Under the pieces are notes generated by a model. It made no database searches. It was not told the origin of the DNA and saw only the letters and a list, made by a program, of their open reading frames with translations. A program made the translations under genes and the position numbers. This document shows, piece by piece, positions 36,784 through 40,625 of a stretch of 40,625 nt of DNA. This stretch comes from a virus (taxonomy: Duplodnaviria > Caudoviricetes): positions 1-40,625 of the IMG/VR virus record IMGVR_UViG_3300049135_000090; one strand, written 5' to 3'. Within the stretch, counting starts at the first letter, position 1; each line of letters begins with the position of its first letter.

Positions 36784-37229
36784 CCCCGATCGCCGCCCCC
36801 GCCGCCATCTTCGGAGGCCTCGGCACCGGAGGCCTCGCACTTGCCATCACCGTCCTGCTCGTCCTCGGCGTCCGCGGCAACGGCCGCGTCAAGCTCACCG
36901 CCAGCCCCGCCGCATACGTCGCCTTCCTGGCCGCCACGGCAGCCTCCGCCGCAGGCCAGATGTGGGCCAACCCCGAGAAGGTCGTAGGCCAGGGCCTGAC
37001 CGGCCTCGGCGTCGGCCAGGGGACCAGCGGCCCGTTCGGCGACGTCCAACTCGGCGCGGTCGCCCTGATCCTCCTGATCGTGTTCCTGACCGCCTCCGTC
37101 AGCCCCTGGTTCGGCGCGGCCCTCGGGGCCATCGCAGGGTTCGTGTGGCCGGCCACCGGTGACGGCACGATCTGGGCCATCCCCTGCGCGCTGGCCAAGG
37201 CCTTCCTGGCAATGCTGGGAGGCGGCTGA
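36780..37229 (+). CDS. Gly/Ala-rich multi-TM protein of putative spread cassette
   Basis: GTGA coupling, RBS AGGAG; almost entirely hydrophobic. Confidence 0.75.
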   Translation: MTPIAAPAAIFGGLGTGGLALAITVLLVLGVRGNGRVKLTASPAAYVAFLAATAASAAGQMWANPEKVVGQGLTGLGVGQGTSGPFGDVQLGAVALILLIVFLTASVSPWFGAALGAIAGFVWPATGDGTIWAIPCALAKAFLAMLGGG

Positions 37230-37230
37230 C

Positions 37231-37830
37231 ATGCGCGTCTGGATCGCCATCTGGACCGGATCCACCGTCATCTGCGGCCGGATCGGCGCCTGGATCGCCG
37301 GCGGCCCCGTACCCCGCCTGATCCTCCTCGTGTTCGTCGCCGGGTTCGCCAAGGGCCTACACCGCACCACCGAGCTCGCCTACACCGCGGCCGGCGCCTG
37401 GATCGTCACCGCCATCACCCTCGGGCTCCGCCCACCGGCCGCAGCCGCGGCCCCGGCAGCGCCCGAGAAGCCCGCACTCACCCCGGAAGCGGTCACCGCC
37501 GCCATGCACCAACTCGCCGCGCCCCACGTCCAACTGGCGCCCCTCGCCGAGCACCTGTCGACCACCACCGCCGCCCTCCGCACGGTCCTCGGCGAGATGG
37601 GCGTACCGATCGCGGGCGGGGTGCGCATGAAGGGCCACGGCGTATCAACCGGCGTCAAGGCCGAGGACCTGCCGCCCCGCTCCCCCACTGCTGCTCCCGG
37701 CACAGAAGGGGCGTTGACCAGCGACAACAACAGCAACAACGCCCTGATCGTGGAGCGCCAAGCGGGGATGTCGATCATCCGAGACCCGGCGGACCGGAAG
37801 CGTCGCCGCACGCTCCTCCGCCGCTCATAG
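37231..37830 (+). CDS. Membrane-anchored protein with C-terminal wHTH-like domain
   Basis: RBS GGGAGG; N-terminal TMs; HVQL..LAEHL..ALR.VL..GVP..GVRM..VSTGV. Confidence 0.7.
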   Translation: MRVWIAIWTGSTVICGRIGAWIAGGPVPRLILLVFVAGFAKGLHRTTELAYTAAGAWIVTAITLGLRPPAAAAAPAAPEKPALTPEAVTAAMHQLAAPHVQLAPLAEHLSTTTAALRTVLGEMGVPIAGGVRMKGHGVSTGVKAEDLPPRSPTAAPGTEGALTSDNNSNNALIVERQAGMSIIRDPADRKRRRTLLRRS

Positions 37831-37907
37831 ACCCCGGGGCGGCCCCTACCGCCAAGCAGATGGCCGCCCCGGTCCACCCATCCCGAACACGAGACAGGAC
37901 TCTGATC

Positions 37908-38135
37908 ATGGCATTCGGCCGACGCAAGAACGAGAGCAGCAGCAGCGATGCCCGCGAGGCAGCGGCCCGGCTGCCGAAGACGATGCCCGCCCGCGACCCG
38001 AAGCAGGCTGTGCCCGAGAACCCGCATTCCAATCAGTACAGCGGGATCACCGCCGGGTACACGAACCGCGAAGAGAAGCCGGTCCCGGGCAGTGGGCAGC
38101 GCAGCCGCGGCGAATGGCTCCGCAAGAGCAGGTGA
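37908..38135 (+). CDS. Small basic hypothetical protein
   Basis: RBS CAGGA; MAFGRRK..; flanked by hairpins. Confidence 0.55.
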   Translation: MAFGRRKNESSSSDAREAAARLPKTMPARDPKQAVPENPHSNQYSGITAGYTNREEKPVPGSGQRSRGEWLRKSR

Positions 38136-38202
38136 CCGCCTACCGACACTGCGCCCCGTCCGGTACTCGCCGGGCGGGGCGCTGTCACGAGAGGATCGAC
38201 CC

Positions 38203-38625
38203 ATGAGCGACGACCTGACGACGTTCCTGCGGGCCCGACTCGACGAAGACGAGCAGACCGCGCGCGCGGCCGCCGAGGAGCTCGGCGCGGACTGGTACTA
38301 CGACGACGGGTTCGTGCTGGCCCGGCGCGAAGGTGACCAGGTGGTCACAGGCTCGCAGGACTTCTTGGAGCGGGAGCGCGGCGAGCACATCGCCCGCCAT
38401 GACCCGGCCCGCGTCCTCGCCGACGTCGAGGCGAAGCGGCAGATCATCGAGCAGCACAAGCCAGCCACCGTGAGCTACCTGCCGAGCCGAGAGCGAGGTT
38501 GCGTGACCTGCTCAACCGCTCAGACGTGGGACGCACAGGCGAACGAGGCGAACTGCCAGACGCTGTGCCTGCTCGCCCTGCCCTACGCCGACCACCCGGA
38601 CTACCGGGACGAGTGGCGGCCCTGA
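38203..38625 (+). CDS. DUF6221-like protein
   Basis: FLRARLDEDE..HIARHDPARVLADVEAKRQI..LLALPYADHPDYRDEWRP. Confidence 0.85.
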   Translation: MSDDLTTFLRARLDEDEQTARAAAEELGADWYYDDGFVLARREGDQVVTGSQDFLERERGEHIARHDPARVLADVEAKRQIIEQHKPATVSYLPSRERGCVTCSTAQTWDAQANEANCQTLCLLALPYADHPDYRDEWRP

Positions 38626-38859
38626 CGACCGTTGTCAGCGCCCCGGCGTAGCGTGGACGCATCCCACCCGCGCTGATGGCTGCAGCGCTACTCAGAGCCC
38701 CTGTCCGGACCGATCCGGACAGGGGCTCGCGCGTGTCCGGACCGCTCCGGCTGGACATGATCGCCGTTTAGCACCACACTGCTGCCAGCAGCACACTTGT
38801 GCCCATAGCCACCTCAGCCCCCGCCCGCCGGGGGCTGACGCGTATCCAGGGAGGCACAC

Positions 38860-39108
38860 GTGGACACCACCTGGCTCACCGCCGCCCAGGCCGCCGACCA
38901 CGCCACCCGCGCCCGACGACTCCTCTCCGCCGGCACCGCCGCTGTCACCCGGGCCACCATTCGCGACTGGGTACGCCGCCACCACCTCGAGCCCGCCGGC
39001 CTCGCCGACGACGGCCGCACCCACCTCTACCGCCTCGCCGACGTCGCCCAGGCCGAACGCGCCACACGGGCCCGCGCCCTGCGCCTCGTCGGCATCCCCG
39101 AGCAGTAG
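38860..39108 (+). CDS. MerR-like HTH DNA-binding protein
   Basis: LTAAQAA..TIRDWVRRHHL..G..LYRLADVAQAE; RBS GGGAGG. Confidence 0.75.
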   Translation: MDTTWLTAAQAADHATRARRLLSAGTAAVTRATIRDWVRRHHLEPAGLADDGRTHLYRLADVAQAERATRARALRLVGIPEQ

Positions 39109-39122
39109 CCCCTGGAGCAAAC

Positions 39123-39269
39123 GTGAGCGACCAGCCCACCGACCCCATTACCAAGCTCGCCGGAGCTGCAGCCGCACTGCACGAGCTGTACACCGAGCTC
39201 ACCCGCGCCGGCTTCAGCGACGCCCAGGCCATGGAGCTGGTCAAGGCCGTACTGCTGAAGAAGAGCTAA
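39123..39269 (+). CDS. Small hypothetical protein
   Basis: LHELY..L.RAGFSDAQAMELV motif; RBS GGAG. Confidence 0.65.
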   Translation: MSDQPTDPITKLAGAAAALHELYTELTRAGFSDAQAMELVKAVLLKKS

Positions 39270-39329
39270 GACCCGCCCTGAGCCCGGCCGCACCCGCTGC
39301 GCCCGGGCTCCCGCATGCCTGGAGGTGCC

Positions 39330-39620
39330 ATGGCTGGCCGTAAGGACCTCACCCAGTACGGCTACCGCAAGGCCCGCGCCGCCTTCCTCGCCGACAACGA
39401 CGTCTGCCACCTCTGCGGCCACCCCGCCGCCGACACCGTCGACCACGTCCACGCCGTCAGCCGGGGCGCCAACCCGGCCGACCGGGCCAACTGGGCACCA
39501 GCACACGGCGTCAAGGGCTGCCCCACCTGCGGCCGCAAGTGCAACAGCGAGAAGAGCAACAAGCCCGCCACCGCCGCCGTACGGCTGAACACCTCACGCG
39601 ACTGGTACGCCGGACCGTAG
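39330..39620 (+). CDS. HNH endonuclease (cos-packaging associated)
   Basis: CHLCG..VDHV..RG..N..PAH..CN.EK; near the right end as in HK97-like cos phages. Confidence 0.88.
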   Translation: MAGRKDLTQYGYRKARAAFLADNDVCHLCGHPAADTVDHVHAVSRGANPADRANWAPAHGVKGCPTCGRKCNSEKSNKPATAAVRLNTSRDWYAGP

Positions 39621-39633
39621 GGCGGAGGCAGCG

Positions 39634-39831
39634 ATGGGCATCCTGCGCCGCATCGCCCGACGCTGCGAGACCCACGACAAGGCATCACCCCTCAAGATCG
39701 CTCGCCTCGAGGAGCAGACCGGCATCAACCCCAACGCCGTGGCGCAGCTCAACACCGGCAGCTTCACCGACGACCACACCAACCCAGACCTGATCGACTG
39801 CGGCCACACCTGGTGCCGCTCCCGCACATGA
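39634..39831 (+). CDS. Hypothetical protein
   Basis: RBS GGAGG. Confidence 0.6.
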   Translation: MGILRRIARRCETHDKASPLKIARLEEQTGINPNAVAQLNTGSFTDDHTNPDLIDCGHTWCRSRT

Positions 39832-39871
39832 CACACCGCAACCGGCAGAACTCAGCCCGAGGAGCGCCGCA

Positions 39872-40174
39872 GTGAGCAGCACCGGACACAGGCCCACGCT
39901 CACCCCGAGCCGCGCACCGGCGGACCCTCCACCGTCGCCCAACCCCGGCGCACCGTGGGCAACGGAACACCGGCTACACGTGATCGCCCAGACGGAGGCC
40001 CGCCCGGCATCCGCCGACAGCGAGGGCCGGCACTGGCTCGAGCGCCGCGCCACAGGCCTGGCGATCGCCGTGTGCAACTGCGGCTGGACGACTGGCTGGG
40101 TGCTGGCCGACGAACTGCCCAGCATGCCCGCACTCCTCGGCCGCCACGGCGCGCCAGACATCCAAGGACTGTGA
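39872..40174 (+). CDS. Hypothetical protein
   Basis: RBS GAGGAG; CNCGW motif; TGATG coupling. Confidence 0.55.
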   Translation: MSSTGHRPTLTPSRAPADPPPSPNPGAPWATEHRLHVIAQTEARPASADSEGRHWLERRATGLAIAVCNCGWTTGWVLADELPSMPALLGRHGAPDIQGL

Positions 40175-40533
40175 TGACCGAACGCACCGCACGCCTACGC
40201 CTGGGTCTCGGCGGCGGCACGATCGAGGTGGGCGGCCACGACGTCAGCCTCTCCGTCACCGCGCTGCAGCTGGACCACCGCGCGGGTCACCGCCCGCTGC
40301 TGCGCCTCGAGCTGCTGCTCCAGGAGCTGGACGTCGAGGGCGAGGTGCAGGCGTTCGTGCCGGATGAGACGGCGGCCGCGCTGGTCGCGCTGGGCTGGAC
40401 GCCGCCGGGTGAGCAGCCCCCGGCCGGCTGGCTGGCCGGGGTGCTGCGGAGCAGGGAGCACCGGGCCGCCGTCGAGGCCGAGGTGCGTCGCCTCGCCCGC
40501 GTTGATCGCTCATGGGCCCGCAACATGATGTGA
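40174..40533 (+). CDS. Hypothetical protein
   Basis: RBS AAGGA; IEVGGHDVS..ALVALGWTPP. Confidence 0.65.
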   Translation: MTERTARLRLGLGGGTIEVGGHDVSLSVTALQLDHRAGHRPLLRLELLLQELDVEGEVQAFVPDETAAALVALGWTPPGEQPPAGWLAGVLRSREHRAAVEAEVRRLARVDRSWARNMM

Positions 40534-40625
40534 CATTGATGCAGGTCAAACGGGTTTCGTTCGTGTTGCTCTTGATCGTCGGGCCGGTCGAGGCCGCTGG
40601 CTTTTAGGCCGCCGGCCTAAAAGCC

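Larger units (their letters stand above)
35926..38752. repeat. Clustered TCCGGA(C) repeats, often paired at 10-bp spacing
   Basis: Nine TCCGGA in 35926-36095, two at 36333/36343, three at 38704/38714/38736 (intergenic). Confidence 0.85.
1..40625 (+). mobile_element. Temperate actinobacteriophage (Streptomyces-type siphovirus), near-complete genome
   Basis: Canonical order terS-terL-portal-protease-capsid-neck-tail-lysis-integrase/attP-repressor/cro-early genes-HNH; no host housekeeping genes; high GC; Streptomyces-type families (DUF397, Lsr2, Spd-like). Confidence 0.95.

Noticed and set aside
34786-38625. Complete conjugative element (AICE) inserted in the phage
   Set aside because: No TraB/FtsK Walker motifs, Rep or second integrase, and no flanking att repeats seen
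1-40625. bldA-dependent TTA codons in phage genes
   Set aside because: The TTA/TAA triplets I checked in called genes (e.g. near 9307, 18697, 23681, 28401) are out of frame; a manual scan found none in frame, though a script should confirm

Overview
This window looks like an essentially complete genome of a temperate, high-GC siphovirus of Streptomyces or a close relative, in its excised form with attP intact. Left to right it carries: HK97-type packaging and head genes (terminase small and large subunits, portal, protease, capsid); neck and tail genes (two paralogous tail-tube genes, a -1 frameshifted chaperone, tape measure, a large tail protein); lysis genes; and an accessory island (XRE regulator, DUF6415-like, DUF397/BldB-like, small XRE, Pro/Thr-rich membrane protein). 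These are followed by a tyrosine integrase with attP, a repressor/cro/xis switch, early genes with an initiator-type replication protein and an Lsr2-like protein, and an HNH gene near the right end. Two results stand out. (1) At 34.4-38.8 kb there is a self-contained cassette controlled by a 30-bp palindrome. It encodes several membrane proteins resembling the Spd (intramycelial spread) proteins of Streptomyces plasmids, has no TraB, and is marked by clustered, helically phased TCCGGAC repeats, so it is a candidate phage-encoded hyphal DNA-spreading system. (2) The attP core is the 3' end of a tRNA-Leu that, from recalled sequence, matches the developmental tRNA bldA. All family names come from motif recognition by eye; no database search was run.
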